From IMG/VR virus record IMGVR_UViG_3300008448_000085, positions 1 to 59,711 of that record: 59,711 bases of DNA. One strand, written 5' to 3'. The notes below the pieces were generated by a model, which saw nothing but the letters and a program-made list of their open reading frames with translations, was not told where the DNA came from and searched no databases. Position numbers and translations under genes: made by a program. Below, piece by piece: positions 1 through 8,184 of the stretch; position 1 is the stretch's first letter, and every line of letters starts with the position of its first letter. This DNA comes from a virus (lineage: Duplodnaviria; Caudoviricetes).

Positions 1-35
1 TGACGAATGAGAGCGTTCGCGCCGGGGGGGGAAGG
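1..35 (+). repeat. Terminal direct repeat (circular assembly overlap), left copy
   Basis: tgacgaatgagagcgttcgcgccggggggggaagg identical to 59677..59711. Confidence 0.95.
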
Positions 36-279
36 GGGTCGGCTTTGCCCGTGGCTGGCGTGGTTCCGAACGTGTCGCAAGTCTATGCCACTCATAGGGT
101 TAAGCTTTCCGACAAGTGTACCAATCGACCCGGGCCGGATTGTATACAATAGGAAAGCGAGTGTATACTAGAATAGAATGCCCGGGATCGGGCGGAATGC
201 ATCGCCCCCCTGCGCATGAAACGGCCCCGGGAAGGATTGCTCCCGCCCGGGGCCGTTCCCGCGATGGCTGCCCGGTTGC

Positions 280-1233
280 CTAGAACCGGCTGTCAGAGTA
301 ACCCGGGAGCAAATGCCGCGGGGCCGGGATTTCAGCCCACGGGACGCCAGCTGCCGCCGCTGCCGCCCGGTTGTATTCCGCTACGGCCTCGGCCTGCGCG
401 GCATCGTAGGGCAGCGTCCGAACCATTGCCCCGCCCGGGACCGCTGCCGGTATCGCGGCATGCCCCGCATACCGTGGGGCGGTATCGTCCGTGTCTGCCG
501 CATCGGCCACGGTGCAGGCCGAGTAGGTTTCCGGCTTGTGGGACTTGCGCCGTTCCATCTTCCACCCGCCCGCCATCGGGACCGCCGCGAACCGATACGC
601 TTCCCCGTCCGCCGTTACCCCGGGACGGTCCACCCACAGGGTACGGGTGGCGGTCGGGATCATCCGCCCGTCCGTCTCGGGGTATAGTGTACCCCCGTCC
701 ACGGTATACGCTTCCCCCGTCTTTTCCTCCCCGCCCGCCCCGCATAGAGCTTCCCGGGCATTCGCCCGGTCGATCTCCCGCCGGATTGCGGAAGGGTACC
801 GCGCCGCCACGGTTTCAATAGCAGCCGCCAATCGGGCCGGATTGTCCCCACCCGCCGACATGCTGGACACCCGCGGGAAGAATCGGCGGTCGCCTTGTCG
901 CCTTCCCGTACCATGCCGCCATTGTGCCCGTTCGCAGTATCGGGCTGCCCCCATGATCGCGCGCCCTACCTCATCTTCGGTTATCCCGGCTTTCGCATAG
1001 TCCCGATCCGTGAACACTTGAAGCATCATATCGGCCGCATCATCGCAGCGCGATGCCCGTACCCTGCCGGTCAACCCGTCCGCTCCCCCGGAACGAACGA
1101 ACCGACGAACCGCATAGCGGCGCAACCGTTCCAGATTGCCCGGGCATGACAGCCATACCAGCGGCTGAAAGATTGCCCCATCCTGCGATGGCGGGGCGTC
1201 AATGCGTCCGAATGTCGGGTGATAGATGGCCAT
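280..1233 (-). CDS. Hypothetical protein (317 aa), divergent from the early arm
   Basis: ATG at 1233 (MAIYHPTFG) preceded by AGGAGG RBS and an upstream promoter. Confidence 0.75.
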   Translation of the reverse strand: MAIYHPTFGRIDAPPSQDGAIFQPLVWLSCPGNLERLRRYAVRRFVRSGGADGLTGRVRASRCDDAADMMLQVFTDRDYAKAGITEDEVGRAIMGAARYCERAQWRHGTGRRQGDRRFFPRVSSMSAGGDNPARLAAAIETVAARYPSAIRREIDRANAREALCGAGGEEKTGEAYTVDGGTLYPETDGRMIPTATRTLWVDRPGVTADGEAYRFAAVPMAGGWKMERRKSHKPETYSACTVADAADTDDTAPRYAGHAAIPAAVPGGAMVRTLPYDAAQAEAVAEYNRAAAAAAGVPWAEIPAPRHLLPGYSDSRF

Positions 1234-1287
1234 GGTACTAATCCTCCTAAGATGCCCCGGGGAGCGAACGTCCCCGGCGGTCCCTTT

Positions 1288-1316
1288 ACTATCGGGGATA
1301 TCGTCCAGATAGTCAA
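1288..1316 (-). promoter_or_regulatory. Sigma70-type promoter for gene 280..1233
   Basis: Minus strand TTGACT-N17-GATAGT; overlaps inverted repeat ACTATC...GATAGT. Confidence 0.6.
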
Positions 1317-1324
1317 TAGGGCTG

Positions 1325-1511
1325 AAAAGATTTTTCCCCCCCCTCCCGCATATATACCGTTCCGATTCAAATCGGAACAAATCGACCGCCCCGATTGTAA
1401 AATCGGCCGCGGCTGGTTTGCACACTGGCCCACGGGCTAGGATATGCGGTCAGGTGGGAAAATATTCCCCCCCCCGTCCCGCATATACACCGTCGCAACT
1501 CAAATGCGGCG
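1325..1511 (+). repeat. Two imperfect ~55-bp direct repeats with internal hairpins
   Basis: C-run + TCCCGCATATA(T/C)ACCGT + hairpin with a TCAA-containing loop at ~1325-1378 and ~1458-1511. Confidence 0.65.
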
Positions 1512-1562
1512 AGGGTAACGATATTACTATCTGCGCATGCGGGCAGATCAAAGGAGGTTTCC

Positions 1563-1673
1563 ATGACGATGAGCCATGATGATTTCCAGCGTGTCTACGC
1601 CGATTTTCGATCCCGCGGTTTCGATCACTGGAAAGCGATTTGGATCACGCTCTGCTCTTCAGCGACCGTCTAG
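1563..1673 (+). CDS. 36-aa peptide MTMSHDDFQRVYADFRSRGFDHWKAIWITLCSSATV
   Basis: AAGGAGG RBS, ATG 1563, TAG 1671-1673; below the ORF track cutoff. Confidence 0.65.
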   Translation: MTMSHDDFQRVYADFRSRGFDHWKAIWITLCSSATV

Positions 1674-1724
1674 GCCGAAACCCGGGCGACCGGGTCTACC
1701 CGTGATGCGGGTACTGATGAGGCC
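1673..1724 (+). ncRNA. Hammerhead ribozyme, type II topology
   Basis: GGCC-GAAA-CCCGG(GCGA)CCGGG-UC-UACCCG(UGAUG)CGGGUA-CUGAUGA-GGCC; complete core, GUC cleavage after C1696. Confidence 0.92.
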
Positions 1725-1742
1725 AAACCCTACGGAGGCTCC

Positions 1743-2084
1743 ATGTCAAAAGTGGATCACTCCCTAGTGATCATGGCAGCGTTGGCCGAGCCACTAGCCA
1801 AGCTTCGGGAAGCCGGGAATGTTTCCGTGCCGTCCGATGAGCTGGCGGTGCGTGCGGTCAAGGGTTGTCTGAACACTAGGACGGGCGGCTGGCGGGCTAG
1901 TAAGCCTGCCGACGATGCCGCCGGATTGTTGTGGTCGCTGGTCAAGTTTCACCGCTCTGGGGGCAGTCTCTACGGCTGGCCGTGGTTTGCGGATGAGGCT
2001 ATGCGGGATCAGTTAGACACGCTGGCAGTTGTACTGCTCGGCGGGTCGCGTGCGGCCAGTGAATGGCAGCGCGTGTTGAGTTGA
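1743..2084 (+). CDS. Hypothetical early protein (113 aa)
   Basis: GGAGG RBS directly after the ribozyme. Confidence 0.75.
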   Translation: MSKVDHSLVIMAALAEPLAKLREAGNVSVPSDELAVRAVKGCLNTRTGGWRASKPADDAAGLLWSLVKFHRSGGSLYGWPWFADEAMRDQLDTLAVVLLGGSRAASEWQRVLS

Positions 2085-2087
2085 CGG

Positions 2088-2305
2088 GACCCGGGCAGGT
2101 GGCTGCGGCTAACGGGCGCTCGCCCAAGTAAGTCCGAATGCTGCCTGCCCGGGTTTGGTTGACGGTGTCCGAATAGCCCCCTCTGGGCAAAACGCATGCG
2201 ACGGCGTGCGTAGTCAACGCGGGGAGAACCGCCACTGCCTGCCCGGGCAGCTTCAGTGGCCTGCGATCCAACCGTTGGCTCAGAGGGTGCTATTCGGCTG
2301 CCGTT
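2088..2305 (+). other. Structured intergenic RNA with two long stems
   Basis: 2088-2103 pairs with 2140-2155 (16 bp incl. G-U); 2161-2188 pairs with 2278-2305 (26/28 incl. G-U). Confidence 0.7.
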
Positions 2306-2331
2306 CGGTAGTCGATCTCACGGAGGTGCAT

Positions 2332-3081
2332 ATGCGTGTTCGCTATGCACCGGCAAACGCCAAGCTCTCCCGTCTGGAGGCTCGGCTGGGCGTCAAGGTC
2401 TACTCCTTTGACATGCTCTCAGGAGTGACCTGCCCTGGTGCCAAAGACTGCAAGTCTTGGGCCGAGGAGCAGAATGACGGCTCACGCCGAATCGTAGATG
2501 GGAAGCATACGGTGTTCCGGTGCTTCTCCGCCTCGCAAGAGGCTCAGTATACGAACGTGTTCGATTTCCGAGAGGAGAACACCCAGGCTGCTCTCAGCCT
2601 TGCGGCCAGTTCTCCCATGAAATGTGCTGCCGCCCTGGTGGCAGCATTGCCCGACGATGCGGCGGTGTGCCGTCCGCATGTGGCTGGGGACTTCAAACTC
2701 CTCAACTACTTCGATGCATGGCTTGAGGTCTGCCACCGCAGGCCTGACATGCGGTTCTATGCCTACACCAAGATGCTGCCCTTCTGGGCCAAGCGACGGG
2801 ATGTCCTCCCGCCAAACTTGGCGCTGACGGCCAGCCGTGGCGGCAGATGGGATCACCTCATCGACTCTGAGGGATTCCGCGAGTCGGTGGTGGTCTACAG
2901 CGAGCAACAGGCCGACGATCTGGGCTTGGAAATCGACCATGACGATCACCACGCCTACTCGCTCACGGGTGGTTCGTTTGCCCTGCTGATCCACGGCACT
3001 CAGCCGCCGGGCAGCGAGGCCGGCAAGGCCGTGCGGGCCTTGCGTGGCAATGGTTCTTACAACCGAAAGGTCAAGGTGTGA
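2332..3081 (+). CDS. GP88-family phage protein (Cys-motif, radical-SAM-like)
   Basis: TCPGAKDC, RPHVAGDF, FYAYTK motifs; GGAGG RBS. Confidence 0.75.
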   Translation: MRVRYAPANAKLSRLEARLGVKVYSFDMLSGVTCPGAKDCKSWAEEQNDGSRRIVDGKHTVFRCFSASQEAQYTNVFDFREENTQAALSLAASSPMKCAAALVAALPDDAAVCRPHVAGDFKLLNYFDAWLEVCHRRPDMRFYAYTKMLPFWAKRRDVLPPNLALTASRGGRWDHLIDSEGFRESVVVYSEQQADDLGLEIDHDDHHAYSLTGGSFALLIHGTQPPGSEAGKAVRALRGNGSYNRKVKV

Positions 3082-3082
3082 C

Positions 3083-3301
3083 ATGCGGATTCTTTCGCAG
3101 CCCGGTCACAACGACGGGCTGATTCGCGGCTGGCTGGCTTGGGAAGGCTCGCGATGGCCGTGCGAGGTCCGGGATGGAGTCATCTGGACTCGCAGCGCCG
3201 GCCACGCCGAGCGCATTCGACGCAGGCTGGATCGCACATGGGGCGAGTGGGGCTGTGGTGCCCCGATCCCCACTGTCGATTGGCCACGGGAGGAGGTGTG
3301 A
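3083..3301 (+). CDS. Hypothetical early protein
   Basis: Coupled to upstream stop (TGACATG). Confidence 0.6.
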   Translation: MRILSQPGHNDGLIRGWLAWEGSRWPCEVRDGVIWTRSAGHAERIRRRLDRTWGEWGCGAPIPTVDWPREEV

Positions 3302-3302
3302 C

Positions 3303-3506
3303 ATGCCCGAGCTGACTGACCTGGAGGAGGGCAGGTGCTTTGTCCTCCTCAGTGACTGTGAGACATGGGATGAGGTCAAGGATTGCGTGGTGCGATTCTC
3401 AACCGAATCCCAAGAGGCAGACAGGGAATGGGGTGACCGGATCGCAGGATACCGGGACATTTCCATCGAAGAGTTGGTGCGACATTACCTTGCAACCAAG
3501 GGGTGA
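3303..3506 (+). CDS. Hypothetical early protein
   Basis: GGAGG RBS, TGACATG junction. Confidence 0.65.
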   Translation: MPELTDLEEGRCFVLLSDCETWDEVKDCVVRFSTESQEADREWGDRIAGYRDISIEELVRHYLATKG

Positions 3507-3509
3507 GAC

Positions 3510-3761
3510 ATGCGGCGACTTGATGATCCCCCGATGCAATGGCGGTACGGGATTCGTTTGCGTGGCCTGTGGCTCGCCGCCAATGGCAGGTGGCTGAGGG
3601 ACGGGGCACACCCAGACGTTCAGCACTGGCCGACCATGCAGCAGGCTCGCGATTGGCGTGAGCGGCACATGCCCGGGGAACTAGAGGCGTGGGCTGAGTC
3701 GATTGGCATATTCCGAGGCGGCGTCGATGTGACTGCCGCTGTTCACAACGGGGAGGTGTGA
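3510..3761 (+). CDS. Hypothetical early protein
   Basis: Tightly packed ORF. Confidence 0.65.
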   Translation: MRRLDDPPMQWRYGIRLRGLWLAANGRWLRDGAHPDVQHWPTMQQARDWRERHMPGELEAWAESIGIFRGGVDVTAAVHNGEV

Positions 3762-3762
3762 A

Positions 3763-3957
3763 ATGTTGAGAGTAAAGATTGAAACCGACAACGATGCGTT
3801 CGCAGGGCATGGGGAACAGGAGGTTGCCCGGTTGCTTCGGCTAGTGGCCGACCGGGTGGAAGACGGGCAACTGGACGGCCAACTAATGGACATCAACGGG
3901 AACCGCTGCGGGGCCTTTGACCTGCGGCTTGAAGCACCACAAGGCGAGGAGGTTTGA
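3763..3957 (+). CDS. Small phage protein (IETDNDAF...DINGNRCG type)
   Basis: GGAGG RBS; motif typical of phage early genes. Confidence 0.75.
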   Translation: MLRVKIETDNDAFAGHGEQEVARLLRLVADRVEDGQLDGQLMDINGNRCGAFDLRLEAPQGEEV

Positions 3958-3958
3958 C

Positions 3959-4489
3959 ATGGGCCAATACTGGAAAACGGTGAACCTAGACAAGCGTGAG
4001 TACATCTGCCCGCACAAGTTGGGAGGCGGGCTAAAGCTATGGGAGCAGGTGAACAATCCGCCCGGCACACCCGTGGCGCTGTTCATCCTGACTGCGGCCA
4101 TGCCAGTGCCAAGGGGCGGCGGCGATCTTCAGCCTCACCCCGTCATTGGCAGGTGGGCAGGCGACCGCATCGCCACCATTGGCGACTACGCCGAGGACGG
4201 CGATGTGCCGAAGTCGCGGATACCGGCAAGCATTCTCTATACGCTGTGCCGCTCACAGGAAGACCTGGACGAGCTGCGAGATGTCTATCGCCAGCGGGTG
4301 CGGGATCGCGACGTTTACACCGACAACGCACGCCAAATGCTCAAGCGCCTGCGTGGAAGGACAGCATTCACCGATGTCTCGGACATGGTGTGCGAGGCGA
4401 TTGAGCGTGAGTGCATGGGCAAGTTCGTCGGTGACGGCTGGAGAACATGGATTCCGACAGGCGCGCCAGAGGAGGCTGACTATGCGTGA
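3959..4489 (+). CDS. Phage protein (MGQY..VNLDKREY...GRWAGDRI type)
   Basis: GAGG RBS; recurrent phage motifs. Confidence 0.8.
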   Translation: MGQYWKTVNLDKREYICPHKLGGGLKLWEQVNNPPGTPVALFILTAAMPVPRGGGDLQPHPVIGRWAGDRIATIGDYAEDGDVPKSRIPASILYTLCRSQEDLDELRDVYRQRVRDRDVYTDNARQMLKRLRGRTAFTDVSDMVCEAIERECMGKFVGDGWRTWIPTGAPEEADYA

Positions 4490-4802
4490 CACCCTGTATC
4501 TCGGTGCCTGCCCATACGGTGAGGATGGTGCCTCAGTTGGGCAGGATGGCTACATGCGGCAGGCCCGCAAGGAATGTCGGGCCTACATCGGGCAACTCAA
4601 ACGGATGTTCGGTGAGCCGCCCGAGGATTGCTCCTTGGTCATACGGTCAAATCCGCATGACTTTGGAACCTACCTGTCTGTGGAGGCGCAGTTCAACACC
4701 ATGGCCGGGCAGGAGTATGCGTTGAGTTGTGACAACAAGCAGCCCAGGCACTGGGACGAGCAGGCCAGGGCAGAACTGGGACTGGAGGTGAACGATGCCT
4801 AG
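4482..4802 (+). CDS. Phage protein (NPHDFGTY motif)
   Basis: GGAGG RBS, ATG 4482. Confidence 0.75.
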   Translation: MRDTLYLGACPYGEDGASVGQDGYMRQARKECRAYIGQLKRMFGEPPEDCSLVIRSNPHDFGTYLSVEAQFNTMAGQEYALSCDNKQPRHWDEQARAELGLEVNDA

Positions 4803-5004
4803 CAAAACCAAACGCTACGCCGCGGTTTCTTGGTGTGCCGTGGACATCCAGAGCATGCGTCCGTGGTGGACGATCAAGCAATGCAACGAGTTCTTGGACG
4901 ACAACGAGGATCACATCCAAGTTGCGATGATTGAAGCCGGGGGCGATGCGATTCGCGAACTTCTTCCTACCACCGATACGGAGGTGAGCGATGCGACGAG
5001 TTGA
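4795..5004 (+). CDS. Hypothetical early protein
   Basis: GGAGG RBS, overlaps upstream stop. Confidence 0.7.
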   Translation: MPSKTKRYAAVSWCAVDIQSMRPWWTIKQCNEFLDDNEDHIQVAMIEAGGDAIRELLPTTDTEVSDATS

Positions 5005-5329
5005 AACCTACCGTGGCTCCAAGGAGTTCGTCCTTGCCTTGGAACCCGAGGACATGGAACACATGGCCCCAGAGTTCGACCGCATCCGCAAAGTCTGGGC
5101 CAACGAGTGGCACCTGCGTGGCAGAAAGGACGATGGCTCATGCTGCCTTGGCGTCGGCATCTCGGTGTACTACCTGCGACCAGGCAAGCGTAAGCCTGAG
5201 CGGCGGCAGGTCATCTCATGGACATGGACGCAGGGCGATCTGGAGGCAGATCGTACCCGCCACCTACCGCTGGGAATGCTCGCAGAGCATGGCGTGCTTG
5301 GCGTGTACGACTGTGGGCGGATGGACTAG
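4991..5329 (+). CDS. Hypothetical early protein
   Basis: GGAGG RBS. Confidence 0.7.
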   Translation: MRRVETYRGSKEFVLALEPEDMEHMAPEFDRIRKVWANEWHLRGRKDDGSCCLGVGISVYYLRPGKRKPERRQVISWTWTQGDLEADRTRHLPLGMLAEHGVLGVYDCGRMD

Positions 5330-5338
5330 GGAGCAACT

Positions 5339-5464
5339 ATGTGCCCAATGTGTGACTGCGAGGAGATGGCATGGGCCGCTCCTCTTGGATCGTTGTGGCA
5401 TGCCTGCTGTAGGGCATGCGGGTGGGTGTTTTCGTTTGAGGATTCAGAGGCATCGGACTCCTGA
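5339..5464 (+). CDS. 41-aa zinc-ribbon peptide (CPMC...CRAC)
   Basis: GGAG RBS; MCPMCDCEEMAWAAPLGSLWHACCRACGW...; below the ORF track cutoff. Confidence 0.6.
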   Translation: MCPMCDCEEMAWAAPLGSLWHACCRACGWVFSFEDSEASDS

Positions 5465-5503
5465 TGTCCACGGCATGGATGCAATCACGTTGAAGGACGA
5501 GCG

Positions 5504-5770
5504 ATGGCATCGATGCTTTACAACCCGTGCCGCCGGCTGCGGTACGAACTGCACATGAAACGACAGGAAGTGGATGTCCTGCGGCTGGTTTTACAGGTGA
5601 TTGCCACCCTACAGGAGGCCACGCCTGACATCGGCCTGACTCATCGGGCAGAGACAGTCTTCGCCCGACTTCACGCGGAGGTGGAGTGGTTCTTTAGGAA
5701 CGACGGTCACATGGAGGTGTCCAATGTGGGCGGTGCGAACAAGAAAGGAAATCCTGGCGGTGTTCGATGA
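5504..5770 (+). CDS. Hypothetical early protein
   Basis: ORF in packed array. Confidence 0.5.
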   Translation: MASMLYNPCRRLRYELHMKRQEVDVLRLVLQVIATLQEATPDIGLTHRAETVFARLHAEVEWFFRNDGHMEVSNVGGANKKGNPGGVR

Positions 5771-5853
5771 GCGCTGGGAGGCGGAAGAGTGGATGCGGAC
5801 TTGGCGTTCCATCCACGGGCATGGGTGTTACATTGCGAGAACGGAGAACTGAC

Positions 5854-5991
5854 ATGGTCACAGCCGGTGAACTGTACAAGTGGCTGGCCGACAAGCCTGC
5901 CAATACCCCGGTGTACGTGGAGGTCGATGGCGTGTCGCTGGTGTGTGGCGACCACTGGATCGATGTGGGCCGAGAGGAGGACGAGGAATGA
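5854..5991 (+). CDS. Hypothetical early protein (45 aa)
   Basis: GGAG RBS, MVTAGELYKWL. Confidence 0.6.
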   Translation: MVTAGELYKWLADKPANTPVYVEVDGVSLVCGDHWIDVGREEDEE

Positions 5992-6200
5992 GTTACCGAC
6001 CGATGGTGAAGGTGGGCAATGAGTGGGCTGGCAATGGCGTTCGGTTTGCCACCCGGGAAGAAGCCGAGGCATCGGCCCGTGATCTGTACGGGCGGTGGAC
6101 CCTGTGCGTGGACCACCGTGCCGATGAGTCCGAAGATGCGGTAAACTGCGAGTGGGACGCAGCCCGCGGCAACGTACATCTGGAGGTGGTCAATGCCTAA
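5988..6200 (+). CDS. Phage protein (WAGNGVRFATREEAE motif)
   Basis: ATGA overlap, GAGG RBS. Confidence 0.75.
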   Translation: MSYRPMVKVGNEWAGNGVRFATREEAEASARDLYGRWTLCVDHRADESEDAVNCEWDAARGNVHLEVVNA

Positions 6201-6396
6201 ACCATGCACGGTTACCCTGCACATCGACTGGGAAACGCTGCGCAATCAGAAGGGTTTCTTACTGTCGTTGACCGAGACGTACGGCGACGGCCTGCTTGGA
6301 GGTGTGATCGAACTGATCGACAGCATCCAAGATCAGGCATACCACCAGGGTTGTGATGTCAAATGGCTACGGGAGACCGCCGATGCTAATGATTGA
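6193..6396 (+). CDS. Hypothetical early protein
   Basis: GGAGG RBS; ends ETADAND. Confidence 0.7.
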   Translation: MPKPCTVTLHIDWETLRNQKGFLLSLTETYGDGLLGGVIELIDSIQDQAYHQGCDVKWLRETADAND

Positions 6397-6602
6397 ACTG
6401 ACCGACGCGCAGTACCGGGAGACTGTGCGGCTAATCAAAGATGCTATTGACCGCGAGTATTGCCGCGCTCGGAACAACTACATGTTCCCAGACGAGACAA
6501 CGGAAGAGTGGGAGTATGTTTCCCTGATGTCCGGTGCGATGGCTGCTTTCTCAAGGGTACAGGAGACTGCCGATGCCAACGATTGAGCTGACAGACGAGC
6601 AG
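6365..6602 (+). repeat. Junction repeat A (48 bp, two imperfect copies)
   Basis: 6365-6412 vs 6555-6602; contains RBS, start of downstream gene and stop of upstream gene. Confidence 0.85.
6383..6586 (+). CDS. Hypothetical early protein
   Basis: Starts in junction repeat A (MLMIELTD), ends ETADAND. Confidence 0.7.
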   Translation: MLMIELTDAQYRETVRLIKDAIDREYCRARNNYMFPDETTEEWEYVSLMSGAMAAFSRVQETADAND

Positions 6603-6752
6603 GTTGAGGAGTTGAAGAACACCATCGACTGCGAGATCGAACGGCTGGATGGGTACATCGCCAGCTATTTCCCGGGCGATCCGGATCATGTGCGATGCAC
6701 TAATGAGAGGTCTGTCTTGTCCGACATCCTTGAACTACTGGAGATTGCGTGA
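6573..6752 (+). CDS. Hypothetical early protein
   Basis: Starts in junction repeat A (MPTIELTD). Confidence 0.7.
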   Translation: MPTIELTDEQVEELKNTIDCEIERLDGYIASYFPGDPDHVRCTNERSVLSDILELLEIA

Positions 6753-6975
6753 TGCCAAAGATGGTGACGATCACACTGCCCTTGGACGATGCTTTGGACG
6801 CGGCGTACGCATGCGTCATGCGGTCCAAGGACTACCGTGAACAGGCGACCCAGACCGACTCAGGCCGCACGTTTGACATCCTCGCCGGCAAGTACGACCG
6901 CATAGGCAAGGCGCTGTACGTTGCTATCAACAATGCCAGACCCGCCACCACTCTCAAGGAGATTGCGTGATGCCA
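6740..6975 (+). repeat. Junction repeat B (18 bp, identical)
   Basis: GGAGATTGCGTGATGCCA at 6740-6757 and 6958-6975. Confidence 0.85.
6752..6970 (+). CDS. Hypothetical early protein
   Basis: Flanked by repeat B; TGATG coupling. Confidence 0.7.
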   Translation: MPKMVTITLPLDDALDAAYACVMRSKDYREQATQTDSGRTFDILAGKYDRIGKALYVAINNARPATTLKEIA

Positions 6976-7200
6976 TACTCTGACTCTGAATACCCCAGCA
7001 TCCTGCGGGGCTATGACAAGCGTGAGTCGCAGCGATTGCTGGCTGCGGCACCTGCGTTGCTGGACTGCTTGCGTCGAACAGTTTCGCTACTGAAGTACGC
7101 CTCTACAGACGGCGGAATCAGGGGCTGCAATGCAGATGAATGGTGGTCGATGGAGCATCAGTGCGATGAGGCCATCGCCAAAGCAGAAGGGAGGGACTGA
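6970..7200 (+). CDS. AAAP(D/A)LL-motif phage protein
   Basis: RLLAAAPALL...AIAKAEGR. Confidence 0.7.
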   Translation: MPYSDSEYPSILRGYDKRESQRLLAAAPALLDCLRRTVSLLKYASTDGGIRGCNADEWWSMEHQCDEAIAKAEGRD

Positions 7201-7529
7201 TGTTCTACTGGGACGAGGATCGTTACCCCATCGGAGAAGGCGAGCAGCCTACGCGGTGGGGCGTTGTAATGCTGGATGACACGTATCATTTTGGCCCGGT
7301 CTACAAGCTGGCCATCTACGAGATGCGTGAGGTTCCCGGCGTCGGCAAGAGGCCGGTTGCCATGCACGTTTGCCGTGGGTTCTGCGAGTCGGGGATCACG
7401 CCTGATGCAGCCGTTGAAAGGGCTAGGCAGTATCGGCTTGCGGAGTTCGACGGCGGCGTGGAGTTCCGCTGGGTTGGTGTGTTGCGTTGGTCGAATCCGA
7501 ATCAGGCCGTGAAGAAAGGGGGAAAGTGA
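7200..7529 (+). CDS. Hypothetical early protein
   Basis: TGATG coupling. Confidence 0.7.
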   Translation: MFYWDEDRYPIGEGEQPTRWGVVMLDDTYHFGPVYKLAIYEMREVPGVGKRPVAMHVCRGFCESGITPDAAVERARQYRLAEFDGGVEFRWVGVLRWSNPNQAVKKGGK

Positions 7530-7897
7530 TGTCAGCGATCCAAGGTGATTGGTATGCGTCTCGCAGCACACATAACGGCGAGGCATACCCGCAGGATGAT
7601 GACACAGTGCGTTTCGTATATGCCACCCAGGCAGACGGGACAAAGTTCATCGTCGCAAAGGTCTGGTCTGGCGATGACGGGGACTATGCCGGCACGGCGA
7701 AGCTGGTGGCTGCTGCACCTGACATGCTGGAGGCCCTAGACTCTATCCGCTCCAGCCTCATGGAACTAGACGATGACGGGCTCGGCCGTCCGGGCTGCGG
7801 CTGGCGTGAGATGGACGCCACCTACGTTGACGAACTTATATCGAACAGCCTTCGACGGGCCATTGACGCCATCGCCAAAGCAGAAGGGAGGGAGTGA
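7529..7897 (+). CDS. AAAPDML-motif phage protein
   Basis: AKLVAAAPDMLEAL...AIAKAEGR. Confidence 0.7.
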   Translation: MSAIQGDWYASRSTHNGEAYPQDDDTVRFVYATQADGTKFIVAKVWSGDDGDYAGTAKLVAAAPDMLEALDSIRSSLMELDDDGLGRPGCGWREMDATYVDELISNSLRRAIDAIAKAEGRE

Positions 7898-8184
7898 TGA
7901 GCCATACACCGGGGCCGTGGGAGGCCGCGTTTGGCGAGGTGTACAGCCTATCTGTTGAGAAAGATGACTGCGTTGTTGCCGAATACTATGGGCCAGACGC
8001 CAACGGGCACCTCATTGCCGCTGCCCCCGATCTACTGGCGGCATGCGAAGAGCTGCTGATCTATCTCGGTGACTGGGACGATCCCGACAACGAGACTTGC
8101 GTGAGCGCCCGGGATGCCGTGCGCCGGGCAAGGGGCTTAACCAAGGAGGGTATTACCCATGGCGAGGATCGACGGATGGACTGA
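7897..8184 (+). CDS. HTPGPW...ANGHLIAAAPDLL phage protein
   Basis: Widespread small phage motif family. Confidence 0.75.
   Translation: MSHTPGPWEAAFGEVYSLSVEKDDCVVAEYYGPDANGHLIAAAPDLLAACEELLIYLGDWDDPDNETCVSARDAVRRARGLTKEGITHGEDRRMD

Larger units (their letters stand above)
7171..7899 (+). repeat. Junction repeat C (26 bp identical; 32 bp with one mismatch)
   Basis: GCCATCGCCAAAGCAGAAGGGAGGGA at 7171-7196 and 7868-7893. Confidence 0.85.

Noticed and set aside
1-35. 35-bp terminal repeat as a biological DTR
   Set aside because: Its length fits an assembler overlap on a circular contig; real termini need read data.
2185-2225. c-di-GMP-I riboswitch-like GGGCAAAAC stem
   Set aside because: Lacks the GNRA loop and the downstream ACGCAAAG segment.
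6365-7899. CRISPR or TIGR-like array
   Set aside because: Repeats come in unrelated pairs separated by whole genes; no constant repeat-spacer period and no Cas or Nop-domain gene seen.
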